DNA from: an uncultured Haloferula sp.
GTDB taxonomy: Bacteria; Verrucomicrobiota; Verrucomicrobiia; Verrucomicrobiales; Akkermansiaceae
Assembly (NCBI GenBank): GCA_965652295.1
Contig: CBFGTS010000007.1
Coordinates: 1 to 64,000 of the forward strand
DNA length: 64,000 nt
Direction of reading: 5' to 3'
Positions 51,316 through 60,092 of the stretch are shown here, piece by piece. Position 1 is the first letter of the stretch, and the number at the start of each line of letters is the position of its first letter. Under the pieces are notes generated by a model, which was given only the letters and a program-made list of their open reading frames with translations, ran no database searches and was not told the DNA's origin. Position numbers and translations under genes: made by a program.

Positions 51316-53774
51316 AAACCCTGCTCTTTTGCCTGATCTTCGTTCTGGGCACATTTTTTCCTGCCGTCGGGCAGGATGCCGGTCAAAACTCCGAGATCCT
51401 CGTGGTTTCCCAAGACAAATTCCTGCGCTTCCACGGCCACGCCGGGCGCACCTACTTCATCCAGGCTTCCGATCCACTAAGCCACCTCCGGCAGTGGTTG
51501 TGGATGCCCGTGATCGAGACCGGCAACGATTCGGACATCAGCTACGAAGTCGGCGGGACCGACCCCAAGGGATTTTTCCGCCTCGTTTACAGCGACGTCC
51601 CGAAGCCCGCCGGCGTGAGCCTTGAGGATTGGGATCTCGACGGCGACGGGCTGAGCAACTGGGACGAAATCACCCTTCACGGCACCTATCCCGACAAGCC
51701 GGACACCGACGGCGACGGCATGACCGACGGTTGGGAGGTGACTCACGACCTCGATCCTCAAAATCCCAACGACGCCTTCGACGATCCCGACGGCGACGGA
51801 ACGGATAATCGGGAGGAACACGATCAGCAAACCGATCCCGGAAACCAAGCGGACTTTCCAACTCAAATCTGGTCGGTGACCGCCGCGGCTAGCGGGAGTT
51901 CTTCGGTGTGGACTTCTGAGATTAAAAAGCACACCCGCAAGCGCAATTGGAACGAATCGACTTATAGTGAACCTCAAGAGGGTTCCGGGCATCTTGCGGT
52001 GGCGGAGCTCAAAGCCCTTGTTGAAGGTCTGACACTTCCAGAGACGCTAGCGGAAGCGAAGGCCGAGCCCGATTACATTCATTACAACGAAAGCGGAGCT
52101 TCGGCACATGGACATTTTCACCAATCCGCGAGCTCTTCCGAAGCCAGACAGGGAAACCACACAGTTACTCGTGTCTGGGTGCGCATGCCTGCGAAAGCTG
52201 AGCAGCAAACGCGCCAATTCATCAAGGTGACATCCCGGAACCATCCGGACGCCGACACTGTGGTGGAGTCGGGAACCGTCACCGTGACCGTTCCTGCCAA
52301 CCAAACGGAATCAGAGTACGTCGATTTGACGTGCGACAACATCATGGTGTCCGGGAAGGACGTGATTACTGACGTTGAGCTCCTGCCGGTGGAGTTATAC
52401 AGCGACTTGAACAACGACGGACAGTTGACGAGTGCCGACAGCGGGCTTGTCGGTAAAGCCTATGCCAGCGGTGTTAGCGAGGACGAGAAGGACAAGGGGA
52501 CCGAATTCATGTTCGCCAATGACCAGCTCTCGAATGGTGCATGGGATAAGGAAGACAGCACTACACCAGGTAAGCCCGCAGGCACCGACGATGACGATGC
52601 CGAGGAACTGCACATCAATCCCGGTATCACCGAAGGCGAGGTGTGGCTCGACCATCCGGCGATTACCGGGTTGAAGTTCTATCGGGACAAAAAATGCACA
52701 CAGCAAATCAATATTTCGACGAGTAGTCATTTTGACCTCACTCCTGACAACCCGTTTCCCGATAAAGTGTTCATGCGAGCGGAGAGCGTAAACTTCACCG
52801 ATACCAGTAACCCTCAGGTTGAGGGCGACCTGAAGCTAATAATTAAACCTGATGGCGGTGATGCCAACGGCATCGAAGCCACCAAGATGAGGCTCACTGT
52901 CATTAAGGATTTGGGATCCCAAAAATACTTCCACGGCGTTCGAGATTATATTTTTGAGAATAATACGAAGACTTTCACGCATCACAAAAATTACGGAACT
53001 TCAACCCGGTATCGAATTGTGGCAATGCGCGAAGAATCCACAGAAATGTTTGGGTTGGATACCTACGACCATGTGTCTGATGAACCTCGTCTCAAGGGTA
53101 TCAATGCTGTAAAAGATAATTATTTTTCCGACGTAATTATTAACGGCAACCAGTGTTTCTTTAGTGGTGCTTACTTTTTTGGGAGTATGACAGATCGCTG
53201 CGATGGGCGGCTGTGTGTCGGCAGGCAGATACTTCGCCCTCCTTCTGATGACACGCACAATCCGAACTTGGGAGGCCCAGGAGCGCGCTACGTCGGAAAT
53301 TCTATGGGAGAGCCTGAGATAGTGGACGGGGTATTAGCCATCCCGAGTCATTTCACCTTTGCGACCGGTCAGGTTCCTGAGGGCGTGCCGGCGACTTCAG
53401 ATCACGGCATCGGAGGCTTGGCTGCGAAATATGACCGCGCTGAATTGCAACAAAGTGAGAACCAGGCGATCGGCCGGGCGTTTGTCACGGATCCCGGAAA
53501 AGGAGTGGTGTTTACTGCGACAACATATGTTGGAAACCCAGGGAAGGCTATTTCTCTCGCGGCGGACGCGCACAGATCCGGCGTTCAACCTTTGAGTGGT
53601 GGGGCTGCGGGTACCTGGGAGCTGTTATTTCTGGATGGTTCGTCCTCAGTTGGCTTAGTGCTTGCCAGTCCGAACGGGGATCAACAGATCGTGATCAAGG
53701 GGAGTAAGCACGACGGGAATTTTTACTACATAAATACTTATCTTCTATTTGAGTGTAAGCGGCCGAGAAATTAG
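51312..53774 (+). CDS. Large secreted protein with TSP3-like DxDGDG repeats and a lower-GC C-terminal domain (putative polymorphic effector)
   Basis: Signal peptide; GGAGG upstream; DLDGDGLSN, DTDGDGMTD, DPDGDGTDN; C-terminal INGN and LDGSSS motifs. Confidence 0.8.
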   Translation: MKTLLFCLIFVLGTFFPAVGQDAGQNSEILVVSQDKFLRFHGHAGRTYFIQASDPLSHLRQWLWMPVIETGNDSDISYEVGGTDPKGFFRLVYSDVPKPAGVSLEDWDLDGDGLSNWDEITLHGTYPDKPDTDGDGMTDGWEVTHDLDPQNPNDAFDDPDGDGTDNREEHDQQTDPGNQADFPTQIWSVTAAASGSSSVWTSEIKKHTRKRNWNESTYSEPQEGSGHLAVAELKALVEGLTLPETLAEAKAEPDYIHYNESGASAHGHFHQSASSSEARQGNHTVTRVWVRMPAKAEQQTRQFIKVTSRNHPDADTVVESGTVTVTVPANQTESEYVDLTCDNIMVSGKDVITDVELLPVELYSDLNNDGQLTSADSGLVGKAYASGVSEDEKDKGTEFMFANDQLSNGAWDKEDSTTPGKPAGTDDDDAEELHINPGITEGEVWLDHPAITGLKFYRDKKCTQQINISTSSHFDLTPDNPFPDKVFMRAESVNFTDTSNPQVEGDLKLIIKPDGGDANGIEATKMRLTVIKDLGSQKYFHGVRDYIFENNTKTFTHHKNYGTSTRYRIVAMREESTEMFGLDTYDHVSDEPRLKGINAVKDNYFSDVIINGNQCFFSGAYFFGSMTDRCDGRLCVGRQILRPPSDDTHNPNLGGPGARYVGNSMGEPEIVDGVLAIPSHFTFATGQVPEGVPATSDHGIGGLAAKYDRAELQQSENQAIGRAFVTDPGKGVVFTATTYVGNPGKAISLAADAHRSGVQPLSGGAAGTWELLFLDGSSSVGLVLASPNGDQQIVIKGSKHDGNFYYINTYLLFECKRPRN

Positions 53775-53786
53775 GTTTTAATATAC

Positions 53787-54773
53787 ATGAAAATTCATAT
53801 TCGAGTTTTGTTGGGTTTCGCAATTGGTGCAGTGCTTCTGACGGGATGTGATCAAAAAAAAGCATCCCCAGGCGCAGAGAAAAAAAGCGACGTTCCTATT
53901 TCATCAGAGGCACTCCCTGACTTACTCGTGTTGGACGACAAGAAATTGGATCGCGACCGTGAAGGGGCTGAAGTGAGGGGTCCTAAGCAGAAACATTCGG
54001 AAATTATTTCTTCTCCAAATCAGTCGAACCCAATTGGGGATCGGCTAAGGAGTCACCTGGAAGGCCTCCGTCCAGATGAATCAGAGTATGATTATGTTAT
54101 AAATCAACTTTGGAACAAGAGTCTTTCTCAAATGTCAAATGAAGTGCTCGAAAGTTCGCATGAAGAAGATGTATACAAGGGTGTGATGCTGCCTAAGGAA
54201 TTAAAAGGAATGGAGCCTTCAAATAGATGGGTAGACACTCCCGAAGCCATGCTAGGTGGTGTAGCATTTATGGCTGTCGCTGCGAATGATGGTCTGCTGC
54301 TTAGCCTTGCCCAGCAAGCTTCGGATACGTTGCCTCCCACAAAGGCGGACTTGGCTATTTTTGAGGCTTTAAACGATGCGATAAAAGAGCTTGGATCCAC
54401 TAGAACGATTGCGTCGTTTGAAAATTGGAAACCTTTAGCGAGAGCTCGCAATCCATTGTATCGGCTGCTTGCTCTAAGAGCTGCAATACGTTCGACCTCG
54501 CAGGCTGCCTCCGACCTGTCGTCAGAGGACCCGAGCTACAACCGTGTCGATGGGTCTGCCAAGCTCGACTTCTACCTAGGCTTCCTTGACGAAAAAGATC
54601 CACTCATATTGGGCGAGGCAATTTCTGCCGTTGCAACCGTACCAACCCCCGAAGCCCGGCAAGCAATCGAGAAGTTCAAGGCGACGCAGCAACAACGTGG
54701 AAATGCCTCGCTCGTGGAGGCTGCGACAGTAGCTCTTCGCACCCAGGAATTGATCTCCAAAAGCTCGCGTTGA
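53787..54773 (+). CDS. Low-GC lipoprotein with HEAT-like C-terminus (putative immunity protein)
   Basis: Lipobox LTGC (Cys21); starts 12 nt after the upstream stop; helical C-terminus. Confidence 0.75.
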   Translation: MKIHIRVLLGFAIGAVLLTGCDQKKASPGAEKKSDVPISSEALPDLLVLDDKKLDRDREGAEVRGPKQKHSEIISSPNQSNPIGDRLRSHLEGLRPDESEYDYVINQLWNKSLSQMSNEVLESSHEEDVYKGVMLPKELKGMEPSNRWVDTPEAMLGGVAFMAVAANDGLLLSLAQQASDTLPPTKADLAIFEALNDAIKELGSTRTIASFENWKPLARARNPLYRLLALRAAIRSTSQAASDLSSEDPSYNRVDGSAKLDFYLGFLDEKDPLILGEAISAVATVPTPEARQAIEKFKATQQQRGNASLVEAATVALRTQELISKSSR

Positions 54774-55004
54774 TTTAGAGGGTCATGGAGATACTCAACA
54801 AGATCGACGTGGTCACACGGCAAGTGAATACGCCATCAGGATGTAGCTCGAGCGGGCGGATGGTTCAATTTGACCAGTCACTGCTCAGGATGGAGGTTTT
54901 GCCCACCTAGCCAAGGCCCCATTCAATGGTGCCCGAACCCTCATTTAAATTCGCTGCTGATCCCCGGTTCGGCTCAATTTAGTAACTCAAGCCCCATAGA
55001 CATC

Positions 55005-55451
55005 ATGACGGTCAAGCGTATGGACAACGTCGGCATCGTGGTCGAAGACCTCGATGCCGCCATTGAGTTTTTCGCCGCGCTGGGGCTTGAACTCGAGGGG
55101 CGAGCTCCAATCGAGGGGGACTGGGCTGACGGCGTCACAGGGCTTCGTGACATGTGCGTCGAAATCGCCATGATGCGGACTCCGGACGGCCACGGTAGGA
55201 TTGAGATTTCCCGATTCATCGCCCCGCCGGTGATCTCCGATCACCGCGCTGCCCCGGTGAACGCTCTCGGCTACCTGCGGGTCATGTTCAATGTCGAGGA
55301 TATGGACGATACGCTCGACCGCCTCGGGAAGTACGGCGTGGAGATCGTTGGCAGGGTGGTCCGGTATGAAGATGCCTATAAGATTTGCTACATCCGAGGG
55401 CCTGAGGGAATCCTGATTGGACTCGCGCAAGATCTCGGACAGGAAAGTTGA
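55005..55451 (+). CDS. VOC/glyoxalase family protein
   Basis: MDNVGIVVEDLDAAIEFF..LGL, CYIRGPEGILI. Confidence 0.9.
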   Translation: MTVKRMDNVGIVVEDLDAAIEFFAALGLELEGRAPIEGDWADGVTGLRDMCVEIAMMRTPDGHGRIEISRFIAPPVISDHRAAPVNALGYLRVMFNVEDMDDTLDRLGKYGVEIVGRVVRYEDAYKICYIRGPEGILIGLAQDLGQES

Positions 55452-55510
55452 GTCGCACCGCGAGGACGGGCCCGAACGGTGCCAACTTGAGCCCGTGGTC
55501 GAAAGAACTC

Positions 55511-58237
55511 TTATGCCGGCCGGACGGTCTCGGCCATGGCGGAGAGGTGAGGCTGCTTCCCCCCGAGGAAGGCGGCGACGCGGGCTGCGGTGACATCAGG
55601 CGCGGCGCAGGTGGCGGCGTAGTCGATTTCCAGGGTGGGCAGGCGGTGGCGCTTGAGGAAAGCGTGGGCGGAGAGCAGTTGGTCGTGGAACGCCCGGCTC
55701 AGGGCGAGAGTGTCCGGGTCGCGCCCTCCGAGCATGCGGCGTTGCGAATCGATCACTTGATCGACGGGGCGGCGCATGAGGATGACGCGGTAGTGGATGG
55801 GTTCGCCGTGGGCGTCGCGCACGGGAAGGAAGGGCAGGAGGGGGGCGACGATTTTGACCGCATGCCCGCGGGCTTCGGGTAGCCAGCGGTTGTCCTTCGA
55901 GAGATCGAGCGTGGCGCGGTGCTCAAGGTAGCCGTGCGGGTTGGAGGCGTCGGCGGCGCGGGCGTGGTCGGTGAAAACCGGGACACCGGCGGCGGCGAGC
56001 ATCTGCATCATCATGGAGGTGCCGGAGCGGGGAAGGCCGCTGACGACGGTGATGATCTGTTCGGGCGGAGCTTCGGTTTCGATGGGAAAATCGAAATTCG
56101 GAGTCGAGGGAAGCGGTGCCGGCGCGGCGGGTTCGACCCGTTGTTTTTCGAGGGAGCGGAGCTTCTGCCGGGCGGCGTGGGCGAGGGAGGAGAAGGAGGC
56201 GGAAAGGCCGCTGTCGCCGCGATGGCGGAGCTGGATTTCCGAGAGCATCCGGTAGGCCGGGGCGTGCGAGGAGTTCATCCGGATGGTGACCAGAAAGGCC
56301 TGTTCGGCGCGGTCGATGTGGCTGGCGCGGTAGCAGGCCATGCCGAGGAGGAAGTGCACCAGAGGTTGCTCGAAAACGAGGCGGAGCGACTCCGTGGCGG
56401 CCTCGATGGCGGCCTCGAAATCGCGACGTCCGAGGCGGGCGCGTGCGATGCCTTTCCATGCCGAAGGGTTGTCGGGGTCGATTTCGAGGACCTCTCGGAA
56501 GATGGCTTCCGCTTCATTCCATTCGCGGAGGCGGAGCAGCATATCGGCCTCGGTGTTCCGGGCATCGGGCCGCGAGCGGTAGGCGGGGGAGGTGGCACGC
56601 AGCCGGGCGAGGGCGCGGCGGTAGTCGCCAGCGGAGAAGTCACCGAAGGCCATGAAGTGGCGCAGGGCGTCGCGGTCGACATAGGCGCGGGTTTCGCGGC
56701 GTGCCGGATTTTGCGGATCCGGCTCTCTTCGGACGCGTCGCGCGTCGCGCAGGCGGTCGCGGACCAGTTCGCGGACGAGACGTTTCACCTCGGCGGGGTG
56801 GCCGATGGCGTGGTGGCAGGCGGCGAGGCGGACACCGAAGCGGGGCTCGCCGGGCCACTCTTGGCGCAGGCGTTCCAGCAGCGGCCGGGCGTCGGCATAG
56901 CGCCCGCAGTCCATGTAGCTCTGGGCGAGGTTGTAGGAGAGTTCGCGGGTGGTTTTTTCCGCCTCGGCACTGGCATCGGCGTCGGGCGGGGAAATGTAGC
57001 CGAGGGCGACGAGTTGCTCGATCGCCGCCCGCGTGTCGGTGGGGCTGGCGGTGGTGCCGACGGGGTGGCTGCCGTCCTCGCCTTCGAGGGCTTCCCAGCT
57101 CGGGATCGAGCGGACGGGTGGCGCGGCTTCGGCGAGTTCCGGGATGATTTTTCCATCCATGTCCTGTCCGACGGGAAGTCCGAAGAGGGCGAGGATGCTC
57201 GGGCAAATGTCGAGGATGCCGGCTCCCATGACCTTGCGGCCTGCCGGGATGCCCGGGCCGCGTGCGGCGAAAATCCCGAAGCGGCGGTGTTCGCTCGCCG
57301 GCCCGGCGGGTTCGATGGGGAGAGCGGTCGGCAACTGCGAGCCGGACTGGAAGCCGTGGTCGGACACGAGCAGTACGGTGGCGTCCTCGCCAGCGAGCTG
57401 GAGCAACGTGCCGAGCATCATGTCGTGGTAGCGGTAGGCTGCCTCGACGACGCCGTGATAGAGTTCGAAGTCGCGTTCCGGGACGTCCGCGCGGTGGGGC
57501 GGGTGGAACTTCATGAAGCCGTGGCAGAAGTGGTCGATCGCATCGAGGTAAACGGCCGCGAAGTCCCATTCCTCGTTTTGCATGAGCCCGGTGGTCACGC
57601 CGTGGAGCGTGGTGCACTCGGCCAGGATGCGGGCGATGGCTTGCAGGCGGATGTCCGACGCTTGATCGATCTCCGCCGCCCGGGGAACAAAGGGTAGCAG
57701 GTGCGAGGCGTCGAGCTGGTGCGGGTGGATGCGGAGGTTGGCGAGCGTGTTGGCGAGGTGGGGCGGATGCACTGCGCCGGGCGGCACGGGCCAGTCCTGA
57801 TCGACCGCTGCGGTGGTGAGCTGGAACTGGTTGGAGACCATGCAGCCATCGATCGGCTCGGCGGGATGGCTCGGCCACCAGCCGACGACGAGCGAACGCA
57901 GCCCGTGGAGCTGGAGCATGTTCCAGAGGGCGCGGCAGCGGCGCGAAAGTGAGGTCACCGGGCGCACGCCGCCGCTCAGCGGGTCGAGTTCCGTGAAGCC
58001 GTGGATGCCATGTTTGAAAGGACGCTTCCCCGTGGCGATGCTTGTCCAGAGCATCGGCGAAAGCGCCGGCTGGATGGTAGCCAAGCTGCCGGAGACGCCT
58101 TCCTGGAGAAAGCGGGCGAGGTGGGGCATTTTCCCCGTCGCGACCAGCGGGTGGATGATCTGCCAGTCGGCGGCATCCCAGCCGATCAGGAGCACTTTCC
58201 GTCGGCCGGGGGTGGCGCCCTGCGGCTCAGGCGGCAT
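55511..58237 (-). CDS. Alkaline-phosphatase/NPP superfamily - TPR - sulfotransferase fusion
   Basis: GWDAADW, LSPMLWTSIATG, SDHGF, LVALGYI; TPRs; SGLPRSGTS PAPS-binding loop, NPHGYLE. Confidence 0.85.
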   Translation of the reverse strand: MPPEPQGATPGRRKVLLIGWDAADWQIIHPLVATGKMPHLARFLQEGVSGSLATIQPALSPMLWTSIATGKRPFKHGIHGFTELDPLSGGVRPVTSLSRRCRALWNMLQLHGLRSLVVGWWPSHPAEPIDGCMVSNQFQLTTAAVDQDWPVPPGAVHPPHLANTLANLRIHPHQLDASHLLPFVPRAAEIDQASDIRLQAIARILAECTTLHGVTTGLMQNEEWDFAAVYLDAIDHFCHGFMKFHPPHRADVPERDFELYHGVVEAAYRYHDMMLGTLLQLAGEDATVLLVSDHGFQSGSQLPTALPIEPAGPASEHRRFGIFAARGPGIPAGRKVMGAGILDICPSILALFGLPVGQDMDGKIIPELAEAAPPVRSIPSWEALEGEDGSHPVGTTASPTDTRAAIEQLVALGYISPPDADASAEAEKTTRELSYNLAQSYMDCGRYADARPLLERLRQEWPGEPRFGVRLAACHHAIGHPAEVKRLVRELVRDRLRDARRVRREPDPQNPARRETRAYVDRDALRHFMAFGDFSAGDYRRALARLRATSPAYRSRPDARNTEADMLLRLREWNEAEAIFREVLEIDPDNPSAWKGIARARLGRRDFEAAIEAATESLRLVFEQPLVHFLLGMACYRASHIDRAEQAFLVTIRMNSSHAPAYRMLSEIQLRHRGDSGLSASFSSLAHAARQKLRSLEKQRVEPAAPAPLPSTPNFDFPIETEAPPEQIITVVSGLPRSGTSMMMQMLAAAGVPVFTDHARAADASNPHGYLEHRATLDLSKDNRWLPEARGHAVKIVAPLLPFLPVRDAHGEPIHYRVILMRRPVDQVIDSQRRMLGGRDPDTLALSRAFHDQLLSAHAFLKRHRLPTLEIDYAATCAAPDVTAARVAAFLGGKQPHLSAMAETVRPA

Positions 58238-58856
58238 CGCGGTGGCGACGGCGGTGGAAGGTCGAAATGCCGGCGGCACCGAGGGCCAGCAGGGCCAGTC
58301 CGGAAGGTTCGGGGACGGCACCGACTTCGAGCGTCGCGCCGCTGTCGTCGTAAGCCCATTCGAGGATGCGGGCGTCGGCGAGCACCGTGTTGGAGACGGA
58401 AATACGAGCCCAGCCGTAGACCGGATTACCTCCGTTCACATCGTCGGAGGTGAAGGTGAAGGCGAACAGGTTGTCGCTGGAAAACTGGGCGTTGTTGGCG
58501 AGGAAGACGGAGCCTGACTGGTATCCGAAGATGCGGTCCGAACCGGAGAATGCACCGGGCGTGTCGCCGATTTTGACTGTTGGCGCGCTGCTTTCACGAA
58601 AGAAGCCGAAGAGATCGCCGGAGGCCATGGAGAGCGGTCCGATGCCGCGGACGAAGCCGTAGGCGCTGGAGGCGAACTCGGTGCCGATGGTCAGCCCGAC
58701 TTCCTGGTTTCCGGCCGGGGTGATGTCACCGGTGCTGGTGACGCTCAGCCCGTCCATGTGAATGATCGCGCCGTGGGCGGAGGGGGCGAGGGTTCCGGCG
58801 GCGAGGAGGAGTTTTGCGGTCCGGTCGTAGAAGGAGGAACGAGGCTGGGTAGGCAT
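58227..58856 (-). CDS. PEP-CTERM surface protein
   Basis: Signal peptide; YGWARI; C-terminal VPEPSGLALLALGAAG...RRR. Confidence 0.88.
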   Translation of the reverse strand: MPTQPRSSFYDRTAKLLLAAGTLAPSAHGAIIHMDGLSVTSTGDITPAGNQEVGLTIGTEFASSAYGFVRGIGPLSMASGDLFGFFRESSAPTVKIGDTPGAFSGSDRIFGYQSGSVFLANNAQFSSDNLFAFTFTSDDVNGGNPVYGWARISVSNTVLADARILEWAYDDSGATLEVGAVPEPSGLALLALGAAGISTFHRRRHRDAA

Positions 58857-58987
58857 GCGCTCAGTGATTGAGTTTCGAGGCTCTCAGATAACGGAAAGTC
58901 TTCTGTGGCGACAAGACTTAACTTTCCGGGATGACGTAGGAGTTGCTCCGGGTGGAGGTCATGGATTCGCGAGCACCGGCTCCCGGA

Positions 58988-59902
58988 TCATGCGGCTTTG
59001 CGACGCCGGCTGGTGAGAAGCAGGGCGGCGGCACCAGCGAAGGCAAACGAACCGGGTTCCGGCACGGTGCTGAAGGTGACGCCGATCGAGGAGAAGTAGC
59101 CTCCGGCGACCAAGGTGGACGGATCGATGAAGCCGATGCGGTCGTTCCCTCCGTCGGCCAGGGCACCGGTTTGCATGCCGAGATAGAGCATGTCGGTGGA
59201 AGGGCGGCCGGCGATGACGGAGTAGGGGACAAGGATGGCGACATCCACCTCGTTGGAGCCGAGCGTGCTGAGTCCCGCCGAGTAGACGCGATGGGGATCG
59301 GAGCCGTAGGGCAGAGTGTCGCCCGAAGCGAAGAGCTGGGGCGAGGTGTGCTGCTGATAGATGAGGTTGATGCCCAGCGGATCGTTTGCGGCGGTGTTGG
59401 ACTGCATTTGAAGCATGCTTTCCCATTTGCTGATCTGCTGGGCTTTGACGGAGCCGGGCCAAGCGAGAGCGGCCATGTTGGGATCAATCGTGGTGGCGAC
59501 CGAGAGGGTGTCGGCGCTGGCGGGCCCGGCCCAAAGCATGAAGTTGATGACGTCGAAATCCGGTGTTCCTCCGGTTTCGTTGAAGTCGATTCCGAAGGCG
59601 AGGTAGCGGGTGCCTTGGAAGGTCAAAGTCGGCACCTGCCCCAGGGTGATGGGTTCCATGTCGGCTTGGGTGAAGCCGGACAGGTTGTCCTTCGACCAGT
59701 TGGCCTTTCCGTCGTCGACCTTGAAGGCGGGATTGATGTTGATCCCCGGCCGCATGATGTAGATCGAGTCGCCGTAGTCGGTCGGGACGCGCGCCTCGGA
59801 GCCGGCGGTGGAGCTCTCAAAGAAGACGGAGGTGGCGGACGCCGGAACAATGAGACTGGCGAGGGAAAGGGCGGCGAAAGGGGCTCGGCCAAATCGGGGC
59901 AT
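58988..59902 (-). CDS. PEP-CTERM surface protein
   Basis: Signal peptide (ASA); C-terminal VPEPGS, TM helix, RRRK. Confidence 0.85.
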   Translation of the reverse strand: MPRFGRAPFAALSLASLIVPASATSVFFESSTAGSEARVPTDYGDSIYIMRPGININPAFKVDDGKANWSKDNLSGFTQADMEPITLGQVPTLTFQGTRYLAFGIDFNETGGTPDFDVINFMLWAGPASADTLSVATTIDPNMAALAWPGSVKAQQISKWESMLQMQSNTAANDPLGINLIYQQHTSPQLFASGDTLPYGSDPHRVYSAGLSTLGSNEVDVAILVPYSVIAGRPSTDMLYLGMQTGALADGGNDRIGFIDPSTLVAGGYFSSIGVTFSTVPEPGSFAFAGAAALLLTSRRRKAA

Positions 59903-60092
59903 CAGGGTACGGTACGCGAGCATGCGTGGGGGTAGGGGTGGGGTGTGGGCGGAAGACGGGTGGGGGTGGACCCTTAAGGAATCTGAAATGCTTATGGACA
60001 CGAAGCACCTCTCCTGCAAGCTACGAAATTGCGTAGAAGTAGCGGCTCCGGACTTCGTTTTCCCCGGCCCCGGCAGGGGACGGAGGAGTAAC

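Noticed and set aside
49302..55510. Prophage or ICE explanation for the low-GC block
   Set aside because: No integrase, transposase, phage genes or flanking direct repeats recognised.
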